Source: the human T2T-CHM13v2.0 reference genome, Homo sapiens
DNA length: 64,000 nt
Strand: one strand, 5' to 3'
Assembly: GCF_009914755.1 (NCBI RefSeq)
Contig: NC_060926.1
The position numbers and the translations under genes were made by a program. This document shows positions 38,001-51,388 of the stretch, piece after piece. The notes under the pieces were generated by a model, which saw only the letters and a list, made by a program, of their open reading frames with translations, was not told where the DNA came from and did not search any database. Position 1 is the stretch's first letter. Every line of letters starts with the position of its first letter.

Positions 38001-41000
38001 GAAGTCACAGTGTTGAACAGTCCCTTTCATAGAGCAGGTTTGAAACACTCTTTTTGTAGTATCTGGAAGTGGACATTTGGAGAGATCTCAGGAATACGGT
38101 GATAAAGGAAATATCTTCCAATAAAAGCTAGATAGAAGCAATGTCAGAAACTTTTTCATGATGTATCTACTCAGCTAACAGAGTTGAACCTTTCTTTTGA
38201 GAGAGCAGTTTTGAAACACTCTTTTTGTGGAATCTGCAAGTGGATATTTGTCTAGCTTTGAGGATTTCGTTGGAAACGGGATTACATATAAAAAGCAGAC
38301 TGCAGCATTCCCAGTAACTTCTTTGTGGTGTTTGCATTCAAGTCACAGAGTTGAACATTCCCTTTCATAGAGCAGGTTTGAAACACTCTTTTTGTAGTAT
38401 CTGGATGTGGACATTTGGAGCGCTTTCAGGCCTATGGTGAAAAAGGAAATATCTTCCCCTGAAAACTAGACAGAAGCATTCTCAGAATCTTATTTGTGAT
38501 GTGCGCCCTCAACTAACAGTGTTGAAGCTTTCTTTTGATAGAGCAGTTTTGAAACACTCTTTTTGTAAAATCTGCAAGAGGATATTTGGATAGCTTTGAG
38601 GATTTCGTTGGAAACGGGATTGTCTTCATATAAACTCCAGACAGAAGCATTCTCAGAAGCTTCATTGGGATGTTTCAGTTGAAGTCACAGTGTTGAACAG
38701 GCCCTTTCATAGAGCAGGTTTGAAACACTCTTTTTGTAGTATCTGGAAGTGGACATTTGGAGCGCTCTCAGGACTGCGGTGAAAAAGGAAACATCTTCCA
38801 ATAAAAGCTAGATAGAAGCAATGTCAGAAACTTTTTCATGACGTATCTACTCAGCTAACAGAGTTGAACCTTCCTTTGAGAGAGCAGTTTTGAAACACTC
38901 TTTTTGTGGAATCTGCAAGTGGATATTTGTCTAGCTTTGAGGATTGCGTTGGAAACGGGATTACATATAAAAAGCAGACAGCAGCATTCCCAGAAACTTC
39001 TTTGTGATGTTTGCATTCAAGTCACACAGTTGAACATTCCCTTTCATAGAGCAGGTTTGAAACACTCTTTTTGTAGTATCTGGATGTGGACATTTGGAGC
39101 GCTTTCAGGCCTATGGTGAAAAAGGAAATATCTTCCCCTGAAAACTAGACAGAAGCATTCTCAGAATCTTATTTGTGATGTGCGCCCTCAACTAACAGTG
39201 TTGAAGCTTTCTTTTGATAGAGCAGTTTTGAAACACTCTTTTTGTAAAATCTGCAAGAGGATATTTGGATAGCTTTGAGGATTTCGTTGGAAACGGGATT
39301 GTCTTCATATAAACTCTAGTCAGAAGCATTCTCAGAAGCTTCATTGGGATGTTTCAATTGAAGTCACAGTGTTGAACAGTCCCTTTCATAGAGCAGGTTT
39401 GAAACACTCTTTTTGTAGTATCTGGAAGTGGACATTTGGAGCGCTCTCAGGACTGCGGTGAAAAAGGAAATATCTTCCAATAAAAGCTACATAGAAGCAA
39501 TGTCAGAATCTTTTTCATGATGTGTCTACTCAGCTAACAGAGTTGAACCTTCCTTTGAGAGAGCAGTTTTGAAACACTCTTTTTGTGGAATCTGCAAGTG
39601 GATATTTGTCTAGCTTTGAGGATTTCGTTGGAAACGGGATTACATATAAAAAGCAGACAGCAGCATTCCCAGAATCTTCTTTGTGATGTTTGCATTCAAG
39701 TCACAGAGTTGAACATTCCCTTTCATAGAGCAGGTTTGAAACACTCTTTTTATAGTATCTGGATGTGGACATTTGGAGCGCTTTCAGGCCTATGGTGAAA
39801 AAGGAAATATATTCTCCTGAAAACTAGACAGAAGCATTCTCAGAATCTTATTTGTGATGTGCGCCCTCAACTAACAGTGTTGAAGCTTTCTTTTGATAGA
39901 GCAGTTTTGAAACACTCTTTTTGTAAAATCTGCAAGAGGATATTTGGATAGCTTTGAGGATTTCGTTGGAAACGGGATTGTCTTCATATAAACTCTAGAC
40001 AGAAGCATTCTCAGAAGCTTCATTGGGATGTTTCAATTGAAGTCACAGTGTTGAACAGTCCCTTTCATAGAGCAGGTTTGAAACACTCTTTTTGTAGTAT
40101 CTGGAAGTGGACATTTGGAGCGCTCTCAGGACTACGGTGAAAAAGGAAGTATCTTCCAATAAAAGCTAGATAGAAGCAATGTCAGAAACTTTTTCATGAT
40201 GTATCTACTCAGCAAACAGAGTTGAACCTTTCTTTTGAGAGAGCAGTTTTGAAACACTCTTTTTGTGGAATCTGCAAGTGGATATTTGTCTAGCTTTGAG
40301 GATTTCGTTGGAAACGGGATTACATATAAAAAGCAGACAGCAGCATTCCCAGAAACTTCTTTGTGATATTTGCATTCAAGTCACAGAGTTGAACATTCCC
40401 TTTCATAGAGCAGGTTTGAAACACTCTTTTTGTAGTATCTGGATGTGGACATTTGGAGCGCTTTCAGGCCTATGGTGAAAACGGAAATATCTTCCCCTGA
40501 AAACTAGACAGAAGCATTCTCAGAATCTTATTTGTGATGTGCGCCCTCAACTAACAGTGTTGAAGCTTTCTTTTGATAGAGCAGTTTTGAAACACTCTTT
40601 TTGTAAAATCTGCAGGAGGATATTTGGATAGCTTTGAGGATTTCGTTGGAAACGGGATTGTCTTCATATAAACTCTAGACAGAAGCATTCTCAGAAGCTT
40701 CATTGGGATGATTCAGTTGAAGTCACAGTGTTGAACAGTCCCTTTCATAGAGCAGGTTTGAAACACTCTTTTTGTAGTATCTGGAAGTGGACATTTGGAG
40801 TGCTCTCAGGACTGCGGTGAAAAAGGAAGTATCTTCCAATAAAAGCTACATAGAAGCAATGTCAGAAACTTTTTCGTGAAGTATCTACTAAGCTAACAGA
40901 GTTGAACCTTTCTTTTGAGAGAGCAGTTTTGAAACACTCTTTTTGTGGAATCTGCAAGTGGATATTTGTCTAGCTTTGAGGATTTCGTTGGAAACGGGAT

Positions 41001-41194
41001 TACATATAAAAAGCAGACAGCAGCATTCCCAGAAACTTCTTTGTGATGTTTGCATTCAAGTCACACAGTTGAACATTCCCTTTCATAGAGCAGGTTTGAA
41101 ACACTCTTTTTGTAGTATCTGGATGTGGACATTTGGAGCGCTTTCAGCCCTATGGTGAAAAAGGAAATATCTTCTCCTGAAAACTAGACAGAAG

Positions 41195-41536
41195 CATTCT
41201 CAGAATCTTATTTGTGATGTGAGCCCTCAACTAACAGTGTTGAAGCTTTCTTTTGATAGAGCAGTTTTGAAACACTCTTTTCGTAAAATCTGCAAGAGGA
41301 TATTTGGATAGCTTTGAGGATTTCGTTGGAAACGGGATTGTCTTCATATAAACTCTAGACAGAAGCATTCTCAGAAGCTTCATTGGGATGTTTCAATTGA
41401 AGTCACAGTGTTGAACAGTCCCTTTGATAGAGCAGGTTTGAAACACTCTTTTTGTAGTATCTGGATGTGGACATTTGCAGCGCTTTCAGGCATAAGGTGA
41501 AAAAGGAAATATCTTCCCCTGAAAACTAGACAGAAG
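41195..41536 (+). repeat. 342-bp dimer structural variant (1 + 2/4)
   Basis: CCCTTTGATAG...ATTTGCAGCGCTTTCAGGCATAAGG followed directly by monomer 1. Confidence 0.9.
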
Positions 41537-42216
41537 CATTCTCAGAAACTTATTTGTGATGTGCGCCCTCAACTAACAGTGTTGAAGCTTTCTTTTGATA
41601 GAGCAGTTTTGAAACACTCTTTTTGTAATATCTGCAAGAGGATATTTGGATAGCTTTGAGGATTTCGTTGGAAACGGGATTGTCTTCATATAAACTCTAG
41701 ACAGAAGCATTCCCAGAAGCTTCATTGGGATGTTTCAATTGAAGTCACAGTGTTGAACAGTTCCTTTCATAGAACAGGTTTGAAACACTCTTTTTGTAGT
41801 ATCTGGAAGTGGACATTTGGAGCGCTCTCAGGACTGTGGTGAAAAAGGAAATATCTTCCAATAAAAGCTACATAGAAGCAATGTCAGAAACTTTTTCATG
41901 ATGTATCTACTCAGCTAACAGAGTTGAACCTTTCCTTTGAGAGAGCAGTTTTGAAACACTCTTTTTGTGGAATCTGCAAGTGGATATTTGTCTAGCTTTG
42001 AGGATTTCGTTGGAAACGGGAATACATATAAAAAGCAGACAGCAGCATTCCCAGTAACTTCTTTCTGATGTTTGCATTCAAGTCACAGAGTTGAACATTC
42101 CCTTTCATAGAGCAGGTTTGAAACACTCTTTTTGTAGTATCTGGATGTGGACATTTGGAGCGCTTTCAGGCCTATGGTGAAAAAGGAAATATCTTCCCCT
42201 GAAAACTAGACAGAAG

Positions 42217-42554
42217 CATTCTCAGAAACTTATTTGTGATGTGCGCCCTCAACTAACAGTGTTGAACCTTTCTTTTGATAGAGCAGTTTTGAAACACTCT
42301 TTTTGTAATATCTGCAAGAGGATATTTGGATAGCTTTGAGGATTTCGTTGGAAACGGGATTACATATAAAAAGCAGACAGCAGCATTCCCAGAATCTTGT
42401 TTGTGATGTTTGCATTCAAGTCACAGAGTTGAACATTCCCTTTCAGAGAGCAGGTTTGAAACACTCTTTTTATAGTATCTGGATGTGCACATTTGGAGCG
42501 CTTTCAGGCCTATGGTGAAAAAGGAAATATCTTCTCCTGTAAACTAGACAGAAG
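42217..42554 (+). repeat. 338-bp dimer structural variant (1/3 + 4)
   Basis: Copy of the 34741 variant at offset 7476. Confidence 0.9.
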
Positions 42555-45500
42555 CATTCTCAGAATCTTATTTGTGATGTGCGCCCTCAACTAACAGTGT
42601 TGAAGCTTTCTTTTGATAGAGCAGTTTTGAAACACTCTTTTCGTAAAATCTGCAAGATGATATTTTGATAGCTTTGAGGATTTCGTTGGAAACGGGATTG
42701 TCTTCATATAAACTCTAGACAGAAGCATTCTCAGAAGCTTCATTGGGATGTTTCAATTGAAGTCACAGTGTTGAACAGTACCTTTCATAGAGCAGGTTTG
42801 AAACACTCTTTTTGTAGTATCTGGAAGTGGACATTTGGAGAGATCTCAGGAATACGGTGATAAAGGAAATATCTTCCAATAAAAGCTAGATAGAAGCAAT
42901 GTCAGAAACTTTTTCATGATGTATCTACCCAGCTAACAGAGTTGAACCTTTCTTTTGAGAGAGCAGTTTTGAAACACTCTTTTTGTGGAATCTGGAAGTG
43001 GATATTTGTCTAGCTTTGAGGATTTCGTTGGAAACGGGATTACATATAAAAAGCAGACAGCAGCATTCCCAGTAACTTCTTTGTGATGTTTGCATTCAAG
43101 TCACAGAGTTGAACATTCCCTTTCATAGAGGAGGTTTGAAACACTCTTTTTGTAGTATCTGGATGTGGACATTTGGAGCGCTTTCAGGCCTATGGTGAAA
43201 AAGGAAATATCTTCCCCAGAAAACTAGACAGAAGCATTCTCAGAATCTTATTTGTGATGTGCGCCCTCAACTAACAGTGTTGAAGCTTTCTTTTGATAGA
43301 GCAGTTTTGAAACACTCTTTTCGTAAAATCTGCAAGAGGATATTTTGATAGCTTTGAGGATTACGTTGGAAACGGGATTGTCTTCATATAAACTCTAGAC
43401 AGAAGCATTCTCAGAAGCTTCATTGGGATGTTTCAATTCAAGTCACAGTGTTGAACAGTCCCTTTCATAGAGCAGGTTTGAAACACTCTTTTTGTAGTAT
43501 CTGGAAGTGGACATTTGGAGCGCTCTCAGGACTGCGGTGAAAAAGGAAATATCTTCCAATAAAAGCTAGATAGAAGCAATGTCAGAAACTTTTTCATGAT
43601 GTATCTACTCAGCTAACAGAGTTGAACCTTCCTTTGAGAGAGCAGTTTTGAAACACTCTTTTTGTGGAATCTGCAAGTGGATATTTGTCTAGCTTTGAGG
43701 ATTTCGTTGGAAACGGGTTACATATAAAAAGCAGACAGCAGCATTCCCAGAAACTTCTTTGTGTTGTTTGCATTCAAGTCACAGAGTTGAACATTCCCTT
43801 TCATAGAGCAGGTTTGAAACACTCTTTTTGTGGTATCTGGATGTGGACATTTGCAGCGCTTTCAGGCCTAAGGTGAAAAAGGAAATATCTTCCCCTGAAA
43901 ACTAGACAGAAGCATTCTCAGAAACTTATTTGTGATGTGCGCCCTCAACTAACAGTGTTGAAGCTTTCTTTTGATAGAGCAGTTTTGAAACACTCTTTTT
44001 GTAATATCTGCAAGAGGATATTTGGATAGCTTTGAGGATTTCGTTGGAAACGGCATTGTCTTCATATAAACTCTAGACAGAAGCATTCTCAGAAGCTTCA
44101 TTGGGATGTTTCAATTGAAGTTGCAGTGTTGAACAGTCCCTTTCACAGAGCAGGTTTGAAACACTCTTTTTGTAGTATCTGGATGTGGACATTTGGAGCG
44201 CTTTCAGGCCTATGGTTTAAAAGGAAATATCTTCCCCTGAAAACTAGACAGAAGCATTCTCAGAAACTTATTTGTGATGTGCGCCCTCAAGTAAGAGTGT
44301 TGAAGAATTCTTTTGATAGAGCAGTTTTGAAACACTCTTTTTGTGGAATCTGCAAGTGGATATTTGTCTAGCTTTGAGGATTTCGTTGGAAACGGGATTA
44401 CATATAAAAAGCAGACAGCAGCATTCCCAGAAACTTCTTTGTGAAGTTTGCATTCAAGTCACAGAGTTGAACATTCCCTTTCATAGAGCAGGTTTGAAAC
44501 ACTCTTTTTGTAGTATCTGTATGTGGACATTTGCAGCGCTTTCAGGCCTATGGTGAAAAAGGAAATATCTTCCCCTGAAAACTAGACAGAAGCATTCTCA
44601 GAATCTTATTTGTGATGTGCGCCCTCAACTAACAGTGTTGAAGCTTTCTTTTGATAGAGCAGTTTTGAAACACTCTTTTTGTAAAATCTGCAAGAGGATA
44701 TTTGGATAGCTTTGAGGATTTCGTTGGAAACGGGATTGTCTTCATATAAACTCTAGACAGAAGCATTCTCAGAAGCTTCATTGGGATGTTTCAATTGAAG
44801 TCACAGTGTTGAACAGTCCCTTTCATAGAGCAAGTTTGAAACAGTCTTTTTGTAGTATCTGGAAGTGGACATTTGGAGCGCTCTCAGGACTACGGTGAAA
44901 AAGGGAGTATCTTCCAATAAAAGCTAGATAGAAGCAATGTCAGAAACTTTTTCATGATGTATCTACTCAGCTAACAGAGTTGAACCTTTCTTTTGAGAGA
45001 GCAGTTTTGAAACACTCTTTTTGTGGAATCTGCAAGTGGATATTTTTCTAGCTTTGAGGATTTCGTTGGAAACGGGATTACATATAAAAAGCAGACAGCA
45101 GCATTCCCAGAAACTTTTTTGTGATGTTTGCATTCAAGTCACACAGTTGAACATTCCCTTTCATAGAGCAGGTTTGAAACACTCTTTTTGTAGTATCTGG
45201 ATGTGGACATTTGGAGCGCTTTCAGGTCTATGGTGAAAAAGGAAATATCTTCCCCTGAAAACTAGACAGAAGCATTCTCAGAAACTTATTTGTGATGTGC
45301 GCCCTCAACTAACAGTGTTGAACCTTTCTTTTGATAGAGCAGCTTTGAAACACCCTTTTTGTAAAATCTGCAAGAGGATATTTGGATAGCTTTGAGGATT
45401 TCGTTGGAAACGGGATTGTCTTCATATAAACTCTAGACAGAAGCATTCTCAGAAGCTTCATTGGGATGTTTCAATTGAAGTCACAGTGTTGAACAGTCCC

Positions 45501-48500
45501 TTTCATAGAGCAGGTTTGAAACACTCTTTTTGTAGTATCTGGAAGTGGACATTTGGAGAGATCTCAGGAATACGGTGATAAAGGAAATATCTTCCAATAA
45601 AAGCTAGATAGAAGCAATGTCAGACACTTTTTCATGATGTATCTACTCAGCTAACAGAGTTGAACCTTTCTTTTGAGAGAGCAGTTTTGAAACACTCTTT
45701 TTGTGGAATCTGCAAGTGGATATTTGTCTAGCTTTGAGGATTTCGTTGGAAACGGGATTACATATAAAAAGCAGACAGCAGCATTCCCAGAAACTTCTTT
45801 GTGATGTTTGCATTCAAGTCACACAGTTGAACATTCCCTTTCATAGAGCAGGTTTGAAACACTCTTTTTGTAGTATCTGGATGTGGACATTTGGAGCGCT
45901 TTCAGGTCTATGGTGAAAAAGGAAATATCTTCCCCTGAAAACTAGACAGAAGCATTCTCAGAAACTTATTTGTGATGTGCGCCCTCAACTAACAGTGTTG
46001 AACCTTTCTTTTGATAGAGCAGTTTTGAAACACTCTTTTTGTAATATCTGCAAGAGGATATTTGGATAGCTTTGAGGATTTCGTTGGAAACGGGATTGTC
46101 TTCATATAAACTCTAGACAGAAGCATTCTCAGAAGCTTCATTGGGATGTTTCAATTGAAGTCACAGTGTTGAACAGTCCCTTTCATAGAGCAGGTTTGAA
46201 ACACTCTTTTTGTAGTATCTGGAAGTGGACATTTGGAGAGATCTCAGGAATACGGTGATAAAGGAAATATCTTCCAATAAAAGCTAGATAGAAGCAATGT
46301 CAGAAACTTTTTCATGATGTATCTACTCAGCTAACAGAGTTGAACCTTTCTTTTGAGAGAGCAGTTTTGAAACACTCTTTTTGTGGAATCTGCAAGTGGA
46401 TATTTGTCTAGCTTTGAGGATTTCGTTGGAAACGGGATTACATATAAAAAGCAGACAGCAGCATTCCCAGAAACTTCTTTGTGAAGTTTGCATTCAAGTC
46501 ACAGAGTTGAACATTCCCTTTCATAGAGCAGGTTTGAAACACTCTTTTTGTAGTATCTGGATGTGGACATTTGGAGCGCTTTCAGGCCTATGGTGAAAAA
46601 GGAAATATCTTCCCCTGAAAACTAGACAGAAGCATTCTCAGAATCTTATTTGTGATGTGCGCCCTCAACTAACGGTGTTGAAGCTTTCTTTTGATAGAGC
46701 AGTTTTGAAACACTCTTTTTGTAAAATCTGCAAGAGGATATTTGGATAGCTTTGAGGATTTCTTTGGAAACGGGATTGTCTTCATATAAACTCTAGAGAG
46801 AAGCATTCTCAGAAGCTTCATTGGGATGTTTCAATTGAAGTCACAGTGTTGAACAGTCCCTTTCATAGAGCAGGTTTGAAACACTCTTTTTGTAGTATCT
46901 GGAAGTGGACGTTTGGAGAGATCTCAGGAATACGGTGATAAAGGAAATATCTTCCAATAAAAGCTAGATAGAAGCAATGTCAGAAACTTTTTCATGATGT
47001 ATCTACTCAGCTAACAGCGTTGAACCTTTCTTTTGAGAGAGCAGTTTTGAAACACTCTTTTTGTGGAATCTGCAAGTGGATATTTGTCTAGCTTTGAGGA
47101 TTTCGTTGGAAACGGGATTACATATAAAAAGCAGACAGCAGCATTCCCAGAAACTTCTTTGTGAAGTCTGCATTCAAGTCACAGGGTTGAACATTCACTT
47201 TCATAGAGCAGGTTTGAAACACTCTTTTTGTAGTATCTGTATGTGGACATTTGCAGCGCTTTCAGGCCTATGGTGAAAAAGGAAATATCTTCCCCTGAAA
47301 ACTAGACAGAAGCATTCTCAGAATCTTATTTGTGATGTGCGCCCTCAACTAACAGTGTTGAAGCTTTCTTTTGATAGAGCAGTTTTGAAACACTCTTTTT
47401 GTAAAATCTGCAAGAGGATATTTGGATAGCTTTGAGGATTTCGTTGGAAACGGGATTGTCTTCATATAAACTCTAGACAGAAGCATTCTCAGAAACTTCA
47501 TTGGGATGTTTCAATTGAAGTCACAGTGTTGAACAGTCCCTTTCATAGAGCAGGTTTGAAACACTCTTTTTGTAGTATCTGGAAGTGGACATTTGGAGCG
47601 CTCTCAGGACTACGGTGAAAAAGGAAGTATCTTCCAATAAAAGCTAGATAGAAGCAATGTCAGAAACTTTTTCATGATGTATCTACTCAGCTAACAGAGT
47701 TGAACCTTTCTTTTGAGAGAGCAGTTTTGAAACACTCTTTTTGTGGAATCTGCAAGTGGATATTTTTCTAGCTTTGAGGATTTCGTTGGAAACGGGATTA
47801 CATATAAAAAGCAGACAGCAGCATTCCCAGAAACTTCTTTGTGATGTTTGCATTCAAGTCACACAGTTAAACATTCCCTTTCATAGAGCAGGTTTGAAAC
47901 ACTCTTTTTGTAGTATCTGGATGTGGACATTTGGAGCGCTTTCAGGTCTATGGTGAAATAGGAAATATCTTCCCCTGAAAACTAGACAGAAGCATTCTCA
48001 GAAACTTATGTGTGATGTGCGCCCTCAACTAACAGTGTTGAACCTTTCTTTTGATAGAGCAGTTTTGAAACACCCTTTTTGTAAAATCTGCAAGAGGATA
48101 TTTGGATAGCTTTGAGGATTTCGTTGGAAACGGGATTGTCTTCATATAAACTCTAGACAGAAGCATTCTCAGAAGCTTCATTGGGATGTTTCAATTGAAG
48201 TCACAGTGTTGAACAGTCCCTTTCATAGAGCAGGTTTGAAACACTCTTTTTGTAGTATCTGGAAGTGGACATTTGGAGAGATCTCAGGAATACGGTGATA
48301 AAGGAAATATCTTCCAATAAAAGCTAGATAGAAGCAATGTCAGATACTTTTTCATGATGTATCTACTCAGCTAACAGAGTTGAACCTTTCTTTTGAGAGA
48401 GCAGTTTTGAAACACTCTTTTTGTGGAATCTGCAAGTGGATATTTGTCTAGCTTTGAGGATTTCGTTGAAAACGGGATTACATATAAAAAGCAGACAGCA

Positions 48501-50712
48501 GCATTCCCAGAAACTTCTTTGTGAAGTTTGCATTCAAGTCACAGAGTTGAACATTCCCTTTCATAGAGCAGGTTTGAAACACTCTTTTTGTAGTATCTGT
48601 ATGTGGACATTTGGAGCGCTTTCAGGCCTATGGTGAAAAAGGAAATATCTTCCCCTGAAAACTAGACAGAAGCATTCTCAGAATCTTATTTGTGATGTGC
48701 GCCCTCAACTAACAGTGTTGAAGCTTTCTTTTGATAGAGCAGTTTTGAAACACTCTTTTTGTAAAATCTGCAAGAGGATATTTGGATAGCTTTGAGGATT
48801 TCGTTGGAAACGGGATTGTCTTCATATAAACTCTAGACAGAAGCATTCTCAGAAGCTTCATTGGGATGTTTCAATTGAAGTCACAGTGTTGAACAGTCCC
48901 TTTCATAGAGCAGGTTTGAAACACTCTTTTTGTAGTATCTGGATGTGGACATTTGGAGCGCTTTCAGGCCTATGGTGAAAAAGGAAATATCTTCCCCTGA
49001 AAACTAGACAGAAGCATTCTCAGAAACTTATTTGTGATGTGCGCCCTCAACTAACAGTGTTGAAGCTTTCTTTTGATAGAGCAGTTTTGAAACACTCTTT
49101 TTGTGGAATCTGCACGTGGATATTTGTCTAGCTTTGAGGATTTCGTTGGAAACGGGATTACATATAAAAAGCAGACAGCAGCATTCCCAGAATCTTCTTT
49201 GTGATGTTTGCATTGAAGTCACAGAGTTGAACATTCCCTTTCATAGAGCAGGTTTGAAACACTCTTTTTATAGTATCTGGATGTGGACATTTGGAGCGCT
49301 TTCAGGCCTATGGTGAAAAAGGAAATATATTCTCCTGAAAACTAGACAGAAGCATTCTCAGAATCTTATTTGTGATGTGCACCCTCAACTAACAGTGTTG
49401 AAGCTTTCTTTTGATAGAGCAGTTTTGAAACACTCTTTTTGTAAAATCTGCAAGAGGATATTTGGATAGCTTTGAGGATTTCGTTGGAAACGGGATTGTC
49501 TTCATATAAACTCTAGACAGAAGCATTCTCAGAAGCTTCATTGGGATGTTTCAATTGAAGTCACAGTGTTGAACAGTCCCTTTCATAGAGCAGGTTTGAA
49601 ACACTCTTTTTGTAGTATCTGGAAGTGGACATTTGGAGCGCTCTCAGGACTACGGTGAAAAAGGAAGTATCTTCCAATAAAAGCTAGATAGAAGCAATGT
49701 CAGAAACTTTTTCATGATGTATCTACTCAGCAAACAGAGTTGAACCTTTCTTTTGAGAGAGCAGTTTTGAAACACTCTTTTTGTGGAATCTGCAAGTGGA
49801 TATTTGTCTAGCTTTGAGGATTTCGTTGGAAACGGGATTACATATAAAAAGCAGACAGCAGCATTCCCAGAAACTTCTTTGTGATATTTGCATTCAAGTC
49901 ACAGAGTTGAACATTACCTTTCATAGAGCAGGTTTGAAACACTCTTTTTGTAGTATCTGGATGTGGACATTTGGAGCGCTTTCAGGCCTATGGTGAAAAC
50001 GGAAATATCTTCCCCTGAAAACTAGACAGAAGCATTCTCAGAATCTTATTTGTGATGTGCGCCCTCAACTAACAGTGTTGAAGCTTTCTTTTGATAGAGC
50101 AGTTTTGAAACACTCTTTTTGTAAAATCTGCAGGAGGATATTTGGATAGCTTTGAGGATTTCGTTGGAAACGGGATTGTCTTCATATAAACTCTAGACAG
50201 AAGCATTCTCAGAAGCTTCATTGGGATGATTCAGTTGAAGTCACAGTGTTGAACAGTCCCTTTCATAGAGCAGGTTTGAAACACTCTTTTTGTAGTATCT
50301 GGAAGTGGACATTTGGAGTGCTCTCAGGACTGCGGTGAAAAAGGAAGTATCTTCCAATAAAAGCTACATAGAAGCAATGTCAGAAACTTTTTCGTGAAGT
50401 ATCTACTCAGCTAACAGAGTTGAACCTTTCTTTTGAGAGAGCAGTTTTGAAACACTCTTTTTGTGGAATCTGCAAGTGGATATTTGTCTAGCTTTGAGGA
50501 TTTCGTTGGAAACGGGATTACATATAAAAAGCAGACAGCAGCATTCCCAGAAACTTCTTTGTGAAGTTTGCATTGAAGTCACAGAGTTGAACATTCCCTT
50601 TCATACAGCAGGTTTGAAACACTCTTTTTGTAGTATCTGGATGTGGACATTTGGAGCGCTTTCAGGCCTATGGTTTAAAAGGAAATATCTTCCCCTGAAA
50701 ACTAGACAGAAG

Positions 50713-51388
50713 CATTCTCAGAAACTTATTTGTGATGTGCGCCCTCAACTAAGAGTGTTGAAGCATTCTTTTGATAGAGCAGTTTTGAAACACTCTTTTT
50801 GTGGAATCTGCAAGTGGATATTTGTCTAGCTTTGAGGATTTCGTTGGAAACGGGATTACATATAAAAAGCAGACAGCAGCATTCCCAGAAACTTCTTTGT
50901 GATGTTTGCATTCACGTCACAGAGTTGAACATTCCCTTTCATAGAGTAGGTTTGAAACACTCTTTTTGTAGTATCTGGATGTGGACATTTGGAACGCTTT
51001 CAGGCCTATGGTGAAAAAGGAAATATCTTCCCCTGAAAACTAGACAGAAGCATTCTCAGAAACTTATTTGTGATGTGCGCCCTCAACTAACAGTGTTGAA
51101 GCTTTCTTTTGATAGAGCAGTTTTGAAACACTCTTTTTGTAATATCTGCAAGAGGATATTTGGATAGCTTTGAGGATTTCGTTGGAAACGGGATTAATTA
51201 TAAAAAGCAGACAGCAGCATTCCCAGAATCTTGTTTGTGATGTTTGCATTCAAGTCACAGAGTTGAACATTCCCTTTCAGAGAGCAGGTTTGAAACACTC
51301 TTTTTATAGTATCTGGATGTGGACATTTGGAGCGCTTTCAGGCCTATGGTGAAAAAGGAAATATCTTCTCCTGAAAACTAGACAGAAG
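50713..51388 (+). repeat. Two adjacent 338-bp dimers (1/3 + 4) with different crossover points
   Basis: 50713-51050 switches from monomer 1 to 3 in the GAGCAGTTTTGAAACACTCTTTTTGT block. 51051-51388 switches at the CENP-B box (GGGATTAATTATA). Confidence 0.88.

Noticed and set aside
50461-50829. Longest ORF, 122 aa
   Set aside because: It results from a TGA-to-TTT change (TGGTTTAAAAGG) reading through into a hybrid monomer, and is still pure alphoid sequence.
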